Shown here piece after piece: positions 50,111 to 60,717 of a stretch of 64,000 nt of DNA (its first letter is position 1; every line of letters starts with the position of its first letter). The notes under the pieces were generated by a model that was given only the letters and a program-made list of their open reading frames with translations, was not told the origin of the DNA and did not search any database. Made by a program: the position numbers and the translations under genes. Source of the stretch: Candidatus Omnitrophota bacterium (GTDB lineage Bacteria > Omnitrophota > Omnitrophia > Omnitrophales > Aquincolibacteriaceae); contig CAIOAT010000013.1 of NCBI GenBank assembly GCA_903856085.1, positions 231,430-295,429 on the forward strand. The letters are read 5' to 3'.

Positions 50111-51242
50111 GGGACGATCTCCCTGGGCCTGTCGCATTAAGACTGAGACTGATTTCACTTTTTATCTTTTCTATAAAAACCCCGGTACCAAACCGGCGCG
50201 CTGAAATTTGGCAAGCTTCACGATATTTCGCGGGATCGTGAGCCAGTTCTTCTCCCAATTTCAAAATGGCGTTGCGGAGTTTATTCTCATCAATAGCATC
50301 GATCAGAATACCGGTTTGACCGTGAACGACCGTCTCCCGGTAACCTCCCTCGTCCGGGGCGATGACGGGTTTTCCGGAGGCCATCGCCTCCACCGCATTC
50401 ATCCCGAAATCTTCATCCTGTGAGGTGGTGATCAAACCTTTGCAATGCGCGTACAATTCTACCAGTTCTTCATGAGAGACCCAGCTTTTGATTTCGACGT
50501 TATTCGGTTTTATTTTTTCGCAAGAAGCCGCATACTCGAGAAAATGGTCTGACTGCTCATAGCTTCCGACAATGACGAGCCGCTCCCCGGGAAGCCCGGC
50601 AAAAGCCTTCATCTGCAGTTCGATCCTCTTGTGTTTTATAAGCCGGTTCACTGAAAGCCAATAACCCTTCGACGGGGCCTCATGGAATTTTGATATCTCA
50701 ATGGGAGGATGGATCACGGTGGCGTCCCTCTGAAGAAACTGTTTCACCCGCTTCTTTGTATTTTCAGAATTGCAAACTACGCGTCCCACGGCAACTACAT
50801 ATTTCCGGTTGAGATACCGGTTGACCATGACCCAGAGATCGAAAAACAGCCGGCACCAGGAAGGAACCATGCTTTCTCTCACGTAGGGATACAGGTCCCA
50901 GATCTCCCGGATCGGAGAGTGGACATACCAGAGATTAGGCCGGTTTTTGACCGCTCCCGACATAGCCCAGTCACCGGCAATAATAAAAAAATCATACTTT
51001 GCTTTTAAATCGAGGCGCCGGAACTTCCCCTGGGCGATCTGCTGTCTCCAGGGAGGATTGAGCGGGACTTTTCCAATCGAGAAAACCCTCGGAAGCACAT
51101 CGGAAAAACCCATGTGGCGGATCTTGATGGGATCAATATTGGTCGTATAAATATCGGCCCCCAATTCCCGGGCCAACGTCAGGGACACAATCTCCGCCCC
51201 TCCGATATTGTCGATAAAGTTATGGAAGATCGCAATCCTCAT
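50097..51242 (-). CDS. GT4 family glycosyltransferase
   Basis: MRIAIFH...GGAE, RLIKHKR, EDFGMNAVEAMASGKPVI motifs. Confidence 0.92.
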   Translation of the reverse strand: MRIAIFHNFIDNIGGAEIVSLTLARELGADIYTTNIDPIKIRHMGFSDVLPRVFSIGKVPLNPPWRQQIAQGKFRRLDLKAKYDFFIIAGDWAMSGAVKNRPNLWYVHSPIREIWDLYPYVRESMVPSWCRLFFDLWVMVNRYLNRKYVVAVGRVVCNSENTKKRVKQFLQRDATVIHPPIEISKFHEAPSKGYWLSVNRLIKHKRIELQMKAFAGLPGERLVIVGSYEQSDHFLEYAASCEKIKPNNVEIKSWVSHEELVELYAHCKGLITTSQDEDFGMNAVEAMASGKPVIAPDEGGYRETVVHGQTGILIDAIDENKLRNAILKLGEELAHDPAKYREACQISARRFGTGVFIEKIKSEISLSLNATGPGRSSHAKE

Positions 51243-51247
51243 GGAGT

Positions 51248-53002
51248 TTATTTCTCCTTCATCAGATCGTGGGCCAAACGTAAGTTCGCCGCGGCTTCCT
51301 GATAACGGGGATTGATCTTTAAAGCCTCCTGAAACTGCATAGCGGCCTGCTGATACTCGCCCATCAGTCCATAGGTCATCCCAAGATTGTTCCATCCTTC
51401 TTCGAACCAGGGGGCCATTTTGACGGCGTTTTGTCCATATAGAAGCGCATTCTTATAATCCCCCGTAAGGGCATAGGCATACCCCAGGTTGCTCTGTGCC
51501 TGATAATTTTTCGGATCCAACTCGACCGCTTGGCGGCAAAAATAAATCCCCTCCTGATATTTTTTCATTTCTCCATAAAGCGACCCCAGGTTGTTATAGA
51601 GCTGGGCCAAAGGTTCCCTGAGCCCCTGATGGAACTTTAAAGCCATTTGATAAGCCTCAATCGCCTTCTGCGGCTGACCCCTTCTCTGGTACTCAACCCC
51701 CAGGTTGACATACGGCCGTGACTTCCGGGGTGATTGACTGACGGCATCCTGCCAAAACACGAGCGCGTTGGTCCAAACTTCGTTTCGCCGGTAGGTCAAC
51801 GAAGAGAAAATAAGAATGATTCCGATCATACTCAGGAGAAAAAGTCTGTAATTTTTTATCAAATAATAAAGGCCCGCGCAAAACGCGATTAAAAAACCTA
51901 TGGAAGGAAGATAAAGCCGATGCTCAAAAATGGCATCCTTAAGCGGTACAAAGCTCGAAGTGACAGACAAAGTGAGGAAAAACCAAAGCACGCCGAACCC
52001 GACCAGCGGAAAGCGACGGATCGATCGAAACGCCAGAAGAAAAATCGCAAGAAGCACGAGAGCGCTTGCAAGAGTCGAGCCGTCCAACAACCCGTGAGAC
52101 CAGGCAAAATCATAATCAACGTTTTGCCGCACGGGAAGGAACAACAACCCGATGTACTTGAGGATCACACGGAATTCGGTTAAAAGGTAGGTCCCGCTGG
52201 TAATGCCAATCTCTGCATGCTGCGAAAACACCCCTCGAAGATTGATAGAGAGACAAAAAAGAATCAGAACCATTAATAGAAGAACGATCCCGCTATAAAT
52301 CCACGGTTTCTTCCAGAACGACCCAGGCTCTTTCAGAAAGCTCAGAGGGGCCGGCTCCTTGAGAAAGATCCATTCGATCAAAACCAGTGCCGCTGGCAGT
52401 GTAAAAACAATTTCTTTGGTGAAAGCTCCCAAGATCGCTGCCACAACTGAAAGCATGAAAAAAGCAGTCCCTTGAAGAGGACGTTCGGAGCTCATTCTCC
52501 CCTTCAGATAAAGACAGAGTGAGAGCACGTAGAAAAGAGTGGCCAGACATTCGAACCGTTGAGTGATATAGGTCACTGCTTCTGTCTCGATCGGATGGGA
52601 TACAAAAAGCCATCCGACAAGGAGAGCTATCGCATAGTTGTGCTTTGCGATGTTTTCTTCCCGCAGACGCGGCGTCTTAAGGAGCAGCAATAAAAACCAG
52701 CCCACAGAAAGAGCGGTAAAAATGTGAATGGCCATATTGACGGCATGATAGCCGGCGACATCATTTCCATGGACGTGATAGTTCAGAGCAAAGGAAGAGA
52801 ACGCGACGAAACGTTTGCGGTAACTCAGATCCTGCCAAAGCGCCGGATCCCCAAGCTGTCTAATAGCAGGATTTTTCAGGATGAATTTTTCATCGTCGAA
52901 CAGAAAGGGCCCTCTCAAGGTGTTCGAGTAGAGAAGAAAACCCCACACACACAGAGCCACAAGCGCAGCAAAGAACATCATCTGTTTTTTTGAAATACTC
53001 AA
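51248..53002 (-). CDS. TMTC-like GT-C membrane protein with C-terminal TPRs
   Basis: FLFDD, YHAVN, HPIETEAVTYI, TKE, FEHRLYLPS, RNEVW, followed by TPR repeats. Confidence 0.85.
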   Translation of the reverse strand: MSISKKQMMFFAALVALCVWGFLLYSNTLRGPFLFDDEKFILKNPAIRQLGDPALWQDLSYRKRFVAFSSFALNYHVHGNDVAGYHAVNMAIHIFTALSVGWFLLLLLKTPRLREENIAKHNYAIALLVGWLFVSHPIETEAVTYITQRFECLATLFYVLSLCLYLKGRMSSERPLQGTAFFMLSVVAAILGAFTKEIVFTLPAALVLIEWIFLKEPAPLSFLKEPGSFWKKPWIYSGIVLLLMVLILFCLSINLRGVFSQHAEIGITSGTYLLTEFRVILKYIGLLFLPVRQNVDYDFAWSHGLLDGSTLASALVLLAIFLLAFRSIRRFPLVGFGVLWFFLTLSVTSSFVPLKDAIFEHRLYLPSIGFLIAFCAGLYYLIKNYRLFLLSMIGIILIFSSLTYRRNEVWTNALVFWQDAVSQSPRKSRPYVNLGVEYQRRGQPQKAIEAYQMALKFHQGLREPLAQLYNNLGSLYGEMKKYQEGIYFCRQAVELDPKNYQAQSNLGYAYALTGDYKNALLYGQNAVKMAPWFEEGWNNLGMTYGLMGEYQQAAMQFQEALKINPRYQEAAANLRLAHDLMKEK

Positions 53003-53113
53003 AATTTACGGCCCTTTCGTTTGATGCCAAGTATCCCTTGAGAATGCCGGCGAAATCTCAGGTTAAAAACTTAGCCGAGAGGCAGACCCTTTGCACGCCT
53101 CATCATAATACGA

Positions 53114-53938
53114 TCATCCGTGAATGCCTAAAAAATCCAAGAACCTGCTCCACTCACAGTGGACCATGTCCCTGGCATTTTGCCAAAGGGAGGGGTTGGG
53201 AATCGTTCGAAACGGTTCGAAGCAAACCGTACGGAAACAGCTTCCCTGTTTTTTGGCCATAAGCACCAAAAGCCTCTCGATCGCGTGGGCCAACGTCCCA
53301 TTGCGCCGGATCGCTTTACCTCCCGGAAAATCCTCAAAGGTAAGCCCGAGCCCAAATAACTGGGCGAGCGCCCTCGGGCGAAACCAGAACATAGAACCGG
53401 CCGGAAACCTAAGCTGGCTTTTTTCCGGGAGCGGTAATTCTAATCGCGCGGCGAGCGCCACGCAACTATCCCAGTCCGAAGGCAATGGATCTTCCAATCC
53501 CGCTTTAAGGGGCGCAATCGCTTCAGGATAAACCAGCCCGAGAGTTTTGTCTTCTTCGAACATCCGCAGGATCGAATCGATAATCTCCGGAGATCCTGCA
53601 AGGTTTCTCATTAAATATTCACCCCAACCCTTAAGCCATAACCTGTGGGGACTTTTTTTTGTGTGCAGCTTGAGAACCAGGTCATAAGACGGATAAACAT
53701 CCCCAAACATGCAGACGAACGGGGCAATGTCATAGCCCCTGTTCGGAACCACCCGGAGCGTGATCTTTTTACCCGGGAACATTTCATCCAGAAGATTTTT
53801 CACCCACTCGCTTTTCTCCACCGGCACGGAGACATAAAGATCGAACTCAAAAGAGAGCTTCCCGAGAAGCTTGAGGATCGCTTCCGTCTCCTCCCTGTAA
53901 AATAAATGCGCCACTACTGCCATCTTGGAAACATCCAT
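53114..53938 (-). CDS. Rhamnan synthesis F (RgpF)-family protein
   Basis: HLFY, NRGYDIAPF, KLHTKKSPH, FPAGSMFWFR, GTLAHAIER motifs. Confidence 0.88.
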   Translation of the reverse strand: MDVSKMAVVAHLFYREETEAILKLLGKLSFEFDLYVSVPVEKSEWVKNLLDEMFPGKKITLRVVPNRGYDIAPFVCMFGDVYPSYDLVLKLHTKKSPHRLWLKGWGEYLMRNLAGSPEIIDSILRMFEEDKTLGLVYPEAIAPLKAGLEDPLPSDWDSCVALAARLELPLPEKSQLRFPAGSMFWFRPRALAQLFGLGLTFEDFPGGKAIRRNGTLAHAIERLLVLMAKKQGSCFRTVCFEPFRTIPNPSLWQNARDMVHCEWSRFLDFLGIHG

Positions 53939-53969
53939 TAAAACCTCCGCACTGTCTGAGCCGGTGCTT

Positions 53970-55046
53970 TCATTTCGATTCTTTTGGAAGCAAATTAATG
54001 ACAGTGGCCTTTATTTTTTCAGCGGCCAAAGCATTACCCGCAATATTCCAGTGGGTATCCCTTGGCTTGTATAAGGCCGCCCCACCCGCTTTAAACGCAT
54101 CCAAAAGATCCATGTAAGGAATCCCGAGTCCTGAAAGATATTGCCCGAGCACCCTGTTGGGAACCTCCCACTGCATTTTCCCGACGGGAATCTCTCTTGG
54201 AAATCTCTCCGAGAGCTGCTGCTGAAGCTCGGGGTCGACCTGCATCTGGTCGGGGATCAAGACAAAAGCCAGAGCCACACCGTTCTTCCGGCAGATAGAG
54301 TCCATTTCTTTGATTTTCAACAAGACGTTTCGCATTCTCTTTCGCAAGACATCGTTGTCTTTTCGAAACAAAACACTTCGAATCTTTTCAATTTCAAAGA
54401 ACTTTTCCTTTTTGAAGGTCGGGACATAATCGCGATAAGCACGGAAAGCCGCCAGCGATCTTTCCACGGATCTAAAAAAGCCATGGCAGTATTTCGCAAA
54501 CTGGTAAATATAAAATCGCTCGAACCATTGAAGCGGCGGGTGAAAATCGATGAAATCGTTCCCGATGAAGAAGGACACTAGCACGATATCCGGGTGAAAG
54601 AACAACGCCTCATGGCGAAGCATGTATAGATATTCCTCGGGACCGATACCAGGAATCCCCATATTAAGAACGTCCACATCAAGCCCGTCTGACTGCAAGC
54701 TCCGCTCCAGCAGCGTCAGATAATTGTATTCACGGGGGACGATTCCCCAGGCGAAAGAATCACCGAGTGCGACAACGCGAACTCTGTGATTTTTCTTAAT
54801 AGAAAAGTCCGCATCCTTAAAACCAAAATTGTTCAGCTTAACATTACCCCAGACTTGTCCAGGATATCTGTTTACTGACAGGCGATCTGAATCGACAAGG
54901 AGACTGATCGGAAATAAATGCTGGGCAATCCGCAAGCCGCCTTCCAATATCAGCAAACTCACAATGATACCCATGCAGAGCGCAATACATCGCTTGCGCC
55001 AATCGTGGGATCGCAGAGAGGGGCCCCGGCCGATTTCAGACTTCAC
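53970..55046 (-). CDS. Membrane-anchored SGNH/GDSL (AlgJ/AlgX-like) protein
   Basis: N-terminal TM, LGDSFAWG, GND, DTHWNIAGN motifs. Confidence 0.85.
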   Translation of the reverse strand: MKSEIGRGPSLRSHDWRKRCIALCMGIIVSLLILEGGLRIAQHLFPISLLVDSDRLSVNRYPGQVWGNVKLNNFGFKDADFSIKKNHRVRVVALGDSFAWGIVPREYNYLTLLERSLQSDGLDVDVLNMGIPGIGPEEYLYMLRHEALFFHPDIVLVSFFIGNDFIDFHPPLQWFERFYIYQFAKYCHGFFRSVERSLAAFRAYRDYVPTFKKEKFFEIEKIRSVLFRKDNDVLRKRMRNVLLKIKEMDSICRKNGVALAFVLIPDQMQVDPELQQQLSERFPREIPVGKMQWEVPNRVLGQYLSGLGIPYMDLLDAFKAGGAALYKPRDTHWNIAGNALAAEKIKATVINLLPKESK

Positions 55047-55207
55047 GGATCATCCACGCCCCCAAAACATCGTAACTACTTCCTTCACTAAAATCCTGCT
55101 CCTGCATAAGACACTTCACCTCATCCAACCTGCTATCTGAAATTTTTTCTTGATACTACTCATGTCCATTGCGCAAAACTTAAGAAATGCAGGACGCCAA
55201 CGTCTTT

Positions 55208-57043
55208 TTACACCCGTAATCTCTGGCTTGTCCACAAATTGAAGAACAGGCCTTTCTTATAGATCAACTCCCGCAGAGTGCCCGACTCAAGGATTCTACC
55301 TTGATCAAGATAGACGATTTTATCGGCTCTTCTGATTGTAGAAAGCCTGTGGGCAATAAGGATCAGCGTTTTCTCACCTCGCGTCTGCAAAATAAAGTTG
55401 TGGACCCAGGCTTCCGTCCCAGAATCAAGAGCGCTCGTGGCTTCATCCATGATCAAGATCTCCGGGTCCTTGATAAGCGCCCGTGCGATCGAAAGCCTTT
55501 GCCGCTCACCCCCCGAAAGACGGGCACCCCTTTCGCCGACAAGGGTCTCATATTTCTGCGGCATCTTTTTGACAAAATCATGGATGCGAACCCTGATGCC
55601 AAGGTACCTTAAACGTTCCTCATGAACATCCGAAGAGGCACCATAAACAATGTTGTTACGGATCGTATCGTTAAAGAGAATCACTTCCTGACTCACGAAC
55701 GCCATACGCTGTCGCAGCGAAGCGACGTCATACCCCCGGATGTCATGACCATCCACTAAAATCGTCCCGGGAGAACAATCATAAAATCTTAAAAGCAAGT
55801 TCACGAGCGTACTTTTGCCCGAACCCGAAGGTCCCACAATGGCAACAATCGATTTTTTTTCTACGGAAAAATTGAGTTTTTCCAGAACCCAAGGTTCCTT
55901 TTCTCCGTATCGAAAAGAAAGGTCCTTGAACTGTATCACTTTCTTGAGGCCTGTGAATTTCTGTGAGCCACTCACCACCAGAGTGGTCCCTTCATAGTGA
56001 AGGACTTGCTCGATATCGCGCAATGCAGAAGCGGCGCCCGCAGACCCCATTTTAAACTTACCGAACGCGGCGAACCCCGGAACAACCCGCATCGCCAGAT
56101 AAAAGAAAACAAAGGCTTGCGACGCGTCCAGAGTGTGGTCGATCCGCATCACGAGCGCCAATCCAAAAGCAACACATAGGATCCCGGTCATCGCTCCCAG
56201 ATCCTCGACCGGCTCCGCGAGGCTGCTCAACCGTTGCGTTTTAAATGCTTGCGCGATCTCTTGTTCACTTGCACGCGAAAATTTTTCTATCTCTTCCTGC
56301 TCCTTGGCAAAACTTCGTATGACCGGCATGCAGTAAAGCATATTGAAGATCTTTTCATGAAGATTCTTGGCCACACGATCGTGCTCCAGCCAGGCGGCAC
56401 GAATCCTCAGGATGATCCCATGCGTCACAAATTGCGTCAGGGGAACCGCGATGATCGCAACACAAGTCAGCTTCCAGGAGGTTTTGAGCATGAGACTGAG
56501 ATAGACGACGAGCAATAAGAATTGCGAGAGGAACCCCTGAAAGAGATCGAACTGGGATTCGATCATGCCGGTCGCTTTCGTAAGAACAGTGTGCAAAAAC
56601 GCGGTCGTGTTCTTATCGTAAAAACTTTTGCTGTAACCCAGACATTTCTTGACCAGCAATTGGCGAACATTTGCCGTGGCAAGTCGCGCCTGGGTCTGGC
56701 TGCACAAAGAGGCTAAATAAAGACAGGCGTTTTTAAGAATGACAATAATATAGAACCAGAATGCGGCAAGCGCGAAAAGCTTATTGGAGGTATTAAAAAA
56801 ATTTGGAAAGCGCCTGACGAAAAAATGAACGCCTGCCATATCCACCATATGGCTGAAATCCCCTTGGATGATCCCGTGTGTCAGAGGAAACAACAAGTTG
56901 ACGGAGTAGAGGGCCGAAAGACTGAAGCAGACAGAGAGAACGACAGACAATGCCAGAAACCACATATTAACCTGGCTCATTTTCAAAAAAGCAAAAAGTT
57001 TTTTTGCGTTTGAGAAGATATCGTTTCTTTTCTCAGAACTCAT
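55208..57043 (-). CDS. ABC transporter permease/ATPase (MsbA/PglK-like glycan flippase)
   Basis: TM domain followed by GPSGSGKST, LSGGERQR, DEATSALD, IAHRLST. Confidence 0.92.
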   Translation of the reverse strand: MSSEKRNDIFSNAKKLFAFLKMSQVNMWFLALSVVLSVCFSLSALYSVNLLFPLTHGIIQGDFSHMVDMAGVHFFVRRFPNFFNTSNKLFALAAFWFYIIVILKNACLYLASLCSQTQARLATANVRQLLVKKCLGYSKSFYDKNTTAFLHTVLTKATGMIESQFDLFQGFLSQFLLLVVYLSLMLKTSWKLTCVAIIAVPLTQFVTHGIILRIRAAWLEHDRVAKNLHEKIFNMLYCMPVIRSFAKEQEEIEKFSRASEQEIAQAFKTQRLSSLAEPVEDLGAMTGILCVAFGLALVMRIDHTLDASQAFVFFYLAMRVVPGFAAFGKFKMGSAGAASALRDIEQVLHYEGTTLVVSGSQKFTGLKKVIQFKDLSFRYGEKEPWVLEKLNFSVEKKSIVAIVGPSGSGKSTLVNLLLRFYDCSPGTILVDGHDIRGYDVASLRQRMAFVSQEVILFNDTIRNNIVYGASSDVHEERLRYLGIRVRIHDFVKKMPQKYETLVGERGARLSGGERQRLSIARALIKDPEILIMDEATSALDSGTEAWVHNFILQTRGEKTLILIAHRLSTIRRADKIVYLDQGRILESGTLRELIYKKGLFFNLWTSQRLRV

Positions 57044-57218
57044 GCGGGGTAGCTCCGATAATTTAACGCAACGCTTGTGGGATATGATAACTGCAAGGAG
57101 GGATTATGAAAAGGAAAGAACGCAGGAAATACCGACACTTGCCCGCTTGTGGCCAGGAGATAATGAGTCGGAGGTTTTGGAAAATCCTTCGAAAGGACCT
57201 GCGGAAAATAAAACCGGA

Positions 57219-58082
57219 CTAAGCCTGCCCCCAAGACTCTGGGAGCTTAGAAAATCTAGCGCTTAACGCATCGTAAGTATCTTTTAGCTTCGCTTTGAGT
57301 TTTTTATCAATTTCATTCGAAAAATCAAAATCGTGCGTCACATTAACTTTGCGTTCTAATCGCTCTTCAGGAAGTGCCACTGCGGCAACTTCAAGAAAAT
57401 CGGTGATCTGATTGATGGCCTTTTGTTTGTTCCGCATAAGATCTTCGTAGAAAAGAAACAATAAATCCTCCGGCCTGAAATGCTCTTGCAGCTTTTGGAC
57501 GGTAACATGATATGAAGACTTTTCGATAATCATATCGGAATACGCTAGTTCAACAAGCTCTTCTCTCGTAACATCACGAATATCCGTATTTTGCATTTCA
57601 AAGAAATAACGCATCGCTGACTTAGCCCGATCGACCGGATCTCTCATTATAAAAAGTATTTTTTTATTTTGGCACACTCTTTTTATATTTTCAAATCCCG
57701 CGTCAGGCAGGAGGGCATATTCCGGTGAAAAATCAGCCGCATATTTCTTCCCACTATGAGAAAACAACTTTATATACCACTGATCATTGACAGGTGATAA
57801 TAACTCGTGGATGACTTTATTAACAGGCTTGCCAGACGATACATTTGAAAAATAGCGTTCTAATGCCGAACGCTTTTCTTTCAGGATCCGTTCCAGTTCA
57901 TTTACTTTTCTTCTCGTCAGCAGAATGCTGTCGCAATACAACGTGTTGAAATAATGGACCTCTTTCACGCCTGAAAAACCGATTTCCGGATGATCTTTTA
58001 ACTGCGCGTACAACCAGGTGGTACCTGCCTTTTGTGCACCCACACATAAAAATAAATTTTTTATCATAATGCGCTTTTCCAT
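57219..58082 (-). CDS. Sulfotransferase family protein
   Basis: 5'-PSB GAQKAGTTWL, KEVHYF, SPEY, 3'-PB RDPVDRAKS. Confidence 0.9.
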   Translation of the reverse strand: MEKRIMIKNLFLCVGAQKAGTTWLYAQLKDHPEIGFSGVKEVHYFNTLYCDSILLTRRKVNELERILKEKRSALERYFSNVSSGKPVNKVIHELLSPVNDQWYIKLFSHSGKKYAADFSPEYALLPDAGFENIKRVCQNKKILFIMRDPVDRAKSAMRYFFEMQNTDIRDVTREELVELAYSDMIIEKSSYHVTVQKLQEHFRPEDLLFLFYEDLMRNKQKAINQITDFLEVAAVALPEERLERKVNVTHDFDFSNEIDKKLKAKLKDTYDALSARFSKLPESWGQA

Positions 58083-58264
58083 CCCCTGAATAATTAACAA
58101 AAATAGCCCGCCTGTTTTCCGTACTCAAGCGCGCTCAGAGCGTCAAACGTTCCATGAAGCTTTCTGTGATTCTAATTCATTTCTACGCGTTCGAGGATCA
58201 TTCTTTTCTTTCGGCCATCCGTAAAATCTTGTGACTGTCTCGGTCGGCAGAACATCCCCACGTC

Positions 58265-59146
58265 TTAATACTTTAGGGTGCTCCCCAAAAGATCTTCCAC
58301 CTCTTTAAGTTGGTCCGTAAACAGGCCATCAAGCCGTGCCATAGCCTCAGGTCCTGGGGAATACTCCACCTCCGAGGCATTGAACATTGTCTTAAAGGCG
58401 GGTTTGAGATGTTTCTCATCAAAAGCAAGGTCAAGAAACCGCGATAAATTTTCAAGCATCCCGGAAGGATTGTCAATAATGTCGTCATACGGCAAAAGCA
58501 GGACATTGCTGAAACATTTACTATATTTCTCAAAAGCTAATTTATAATTGCCGAATTCTCTCTGCGTTCTTATCCACAAGCGATTTCCAGTCAATAAGGA
58601 CAGAAAGAATCGTTCTCTCTCCTCAGGCAAAACTTCGTCCTCACCACCACCGAGCCGTAAACGAAAAGCAGAGATCGTTCGTTTTATCGGATTGCGGCAC
58701 ATCAATACTATGCGAGCATCACCTACGAGCTCCCTCATCCGAGAAATCTGTGCATCTTGGAGCAACATGTATTCGGGCGTGGACTCTCCCAAAAACTTTA
58801 CGCCCTCATCCTCTCCGAGGCCGGAGAAGAGATCGAGATAATTGATTTTTTCAATCGGCGTTGTAAAAAAATGAAAATGTGTCTTAAGATGACATTGCCA
58901 ATCAGGATTGATAAAACCAAACTCCTTGGTCTGGCAAAGCTTATCAATCTCTAGGGCTAAAGACTTTTTTGAAAACACCCTTAACTTCTCTTCCGGTCTA
59001 ATCCCATAAAGCGTATCGAAATAATGGAGCTCCTTAACCGGGTGCATTTTGATCTGCGGATGCAGTCCGAGCAATCGCCATAAAAATGACGAGCCTGCGC
59101 GTTGAGAACCCACACCGATAATAAATTTTTTTTCCATAATGTTCAT
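58265..59146 (-). CDS. Sulfotransferase family protein
   Basis: GSQRAGSSFL, HPQI, KELHYF, GESTPEY, RNPIKRTIS motifs. Confidence 0.88.
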   Translation of the reverse strand: MNIMEKKFIIGVGSQRAGSSFLWRLLGLHPQIKMHPVKELHYFDTLYGIRPEEKLRVFSKKSLALEIDKLCQTKEFGFINPDWQCHLKTHFHFFTTPIEKINYLDLFSGLGEDEGVKFLGESTPEYMLLQDAQISRMRELVGDARIVLMCRNPIKRTISAFRLRLGGGEDEVLPEERERFFLSLLTGNRLWIRTQREFGNYKLAFEKYSKCFSNVLLLPYDDIIDNPSGMLENLSRFLDLAFDEKHLKPAFKTMFNASEVEYSPGPEAMARLDGLFTDQLKEVEDLLGSTLKY

Positions 59147-59272
59147 TTCGAAATATTAGAGAATACCCCTTCTGATCATTTTATAATTCCCTGAGCAATC
59201 CACTCCGGGGTTGACAAGCCCTGAAACGCCGGAGTTATTATACTGCTCCCCATTTCGTTAAAGTTCAAACAG

Positions 59273-60717
59273 TTAAAACTTGAAATAGATGAAATCATAA
59301 GAATCAACGCCTGCAAATATCATAAGTAGCAAGCCTGCGACAGCATAAAAGAAAACCCGTAAACCTCATCTAGATCCCAAGACTTCCGCCTTTGCCACCC
59401 TTGCCAAAGCATCGAAACAAGCAGCGGTATCGAATAAAACAGAAATACGCAAAGCAGAACCAGCACGACATCCCCATCAGCATAAGACTTCGCAAAGAGC
59501 GGCCGGCCACCATGCCATGGAATCTCCACCTTGACCTGGTCCCATAAAAATCCAAGAGATGGCGTACGAACCAATAGAAATCCGATATTGACCAGAAAAT
59601 AGGTTATGAGAATCGAAAATGCGCGTGTAAGGAAATTCTCTTTCCACACACGATCGAGAGCTGGCTTAAATATCAGCTGATACAAAATAATAATAGCGGC
59701 ATAATAAAGACCCCAGATAAGATATTTCCACTCCGCACCATGCCAGAGCCCGATAAAGCCCCATGAAATGATGATCGCGACAACATATCCGAGAAAAGGA
59801 CGCTTCTTGGTCAGACGAACCACCAAGGGCATGTAAATATAGTCTTTCATCCACTGCGTGAGAGAAATGTGCCATCGGTTCCAGAAATCCGAAGGATTCC
59901 TTGCGAGAAAAGGTCTGTCAAAATTCTTCATCAATTCAAGTCCCAACAATTTAGCGGATCCCCGGGCCAGGTCTGTGTACGCTGAAAAATCAGCAAACAA
60001 TTGGCTGCCAAAGCCAAAGCCTCCCAGGAGAAGAAGCCCAGCCGAAGGATTCTTAAGGGCGAATATCATGTTCACATAGAGCCCAAGGTTGTTTGCCACC
60101 ACAAGTTTTTTCACGAGACCCCAGACGATCAAGTCAATCCCCTGCATGAATTGGCTCTTGCTAAAAACACGATCTCGCGCGATCTGGCCAAGGAGTGCTT
60201 TGGGCTTCTCGATAGGCCCGGCGAGAAGCTTCGGGAAAAAAGCAATAAACAGAGCCAACTCGGGAAAGGAATCGACGGGATCTATAACACCCCTGTAAAT
60301 ATCAATGACATAACTCAATAACTGGAAGGTATAAAAAGAAATACCCAGAGGTAAGATGATCTCAAGATGCAAATTCGTCGCGTCCACATTCCAAAAGCCA
60401 AGAAGTCCGGCCAGAGAATCAATAAAAAAATTATAATATTTGAAAAAACAAAGCATCCCGATGCTCAAAAACACGGCCCCGAAAAAGAATGCTTTGCGCT
60501 CGAACGCGCTTGGGGCCCGCTTGATACGCTGGCCGGAAAAAAATACCACGACCGTCGCACCCATGATCAGCCCCAAAAACCGCCAATCCCAGCTTGCGTA
60601 AAACACATAACTGGCCGTAAGGAGCAGCATATTCTGCCACCGACGCGATAGCCTCCAGTAAAGAAGTACAACAGCTACAAGAAAAATAAAATATCCCCAA
60701 GACGGAAAAATAATCAT
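59273..60717 (-). CDS. MBOAT O-acyltransferase (DltB/AlgI-like); apparent 1-nt frameshift near 59365 before the last TM
   Basis: LPLGISFYTFQ, FFPKLLAGPI, FWNRWHISL, GLWHGA. The called ORF stops at 59320, but a shifted frame reads GLRVFFYAVAGLLLMIFAGVDSYDFIYFKF*, the usual MBOAT ending. Confidence 0.88.

Noticed and set aside
59204-59244. + strand TTGACA as an antisense promoter to the MBOAT gene
   Set aside because: The nearest good -10 (TATACT) is 22 bp away, which is incompatible spacing.
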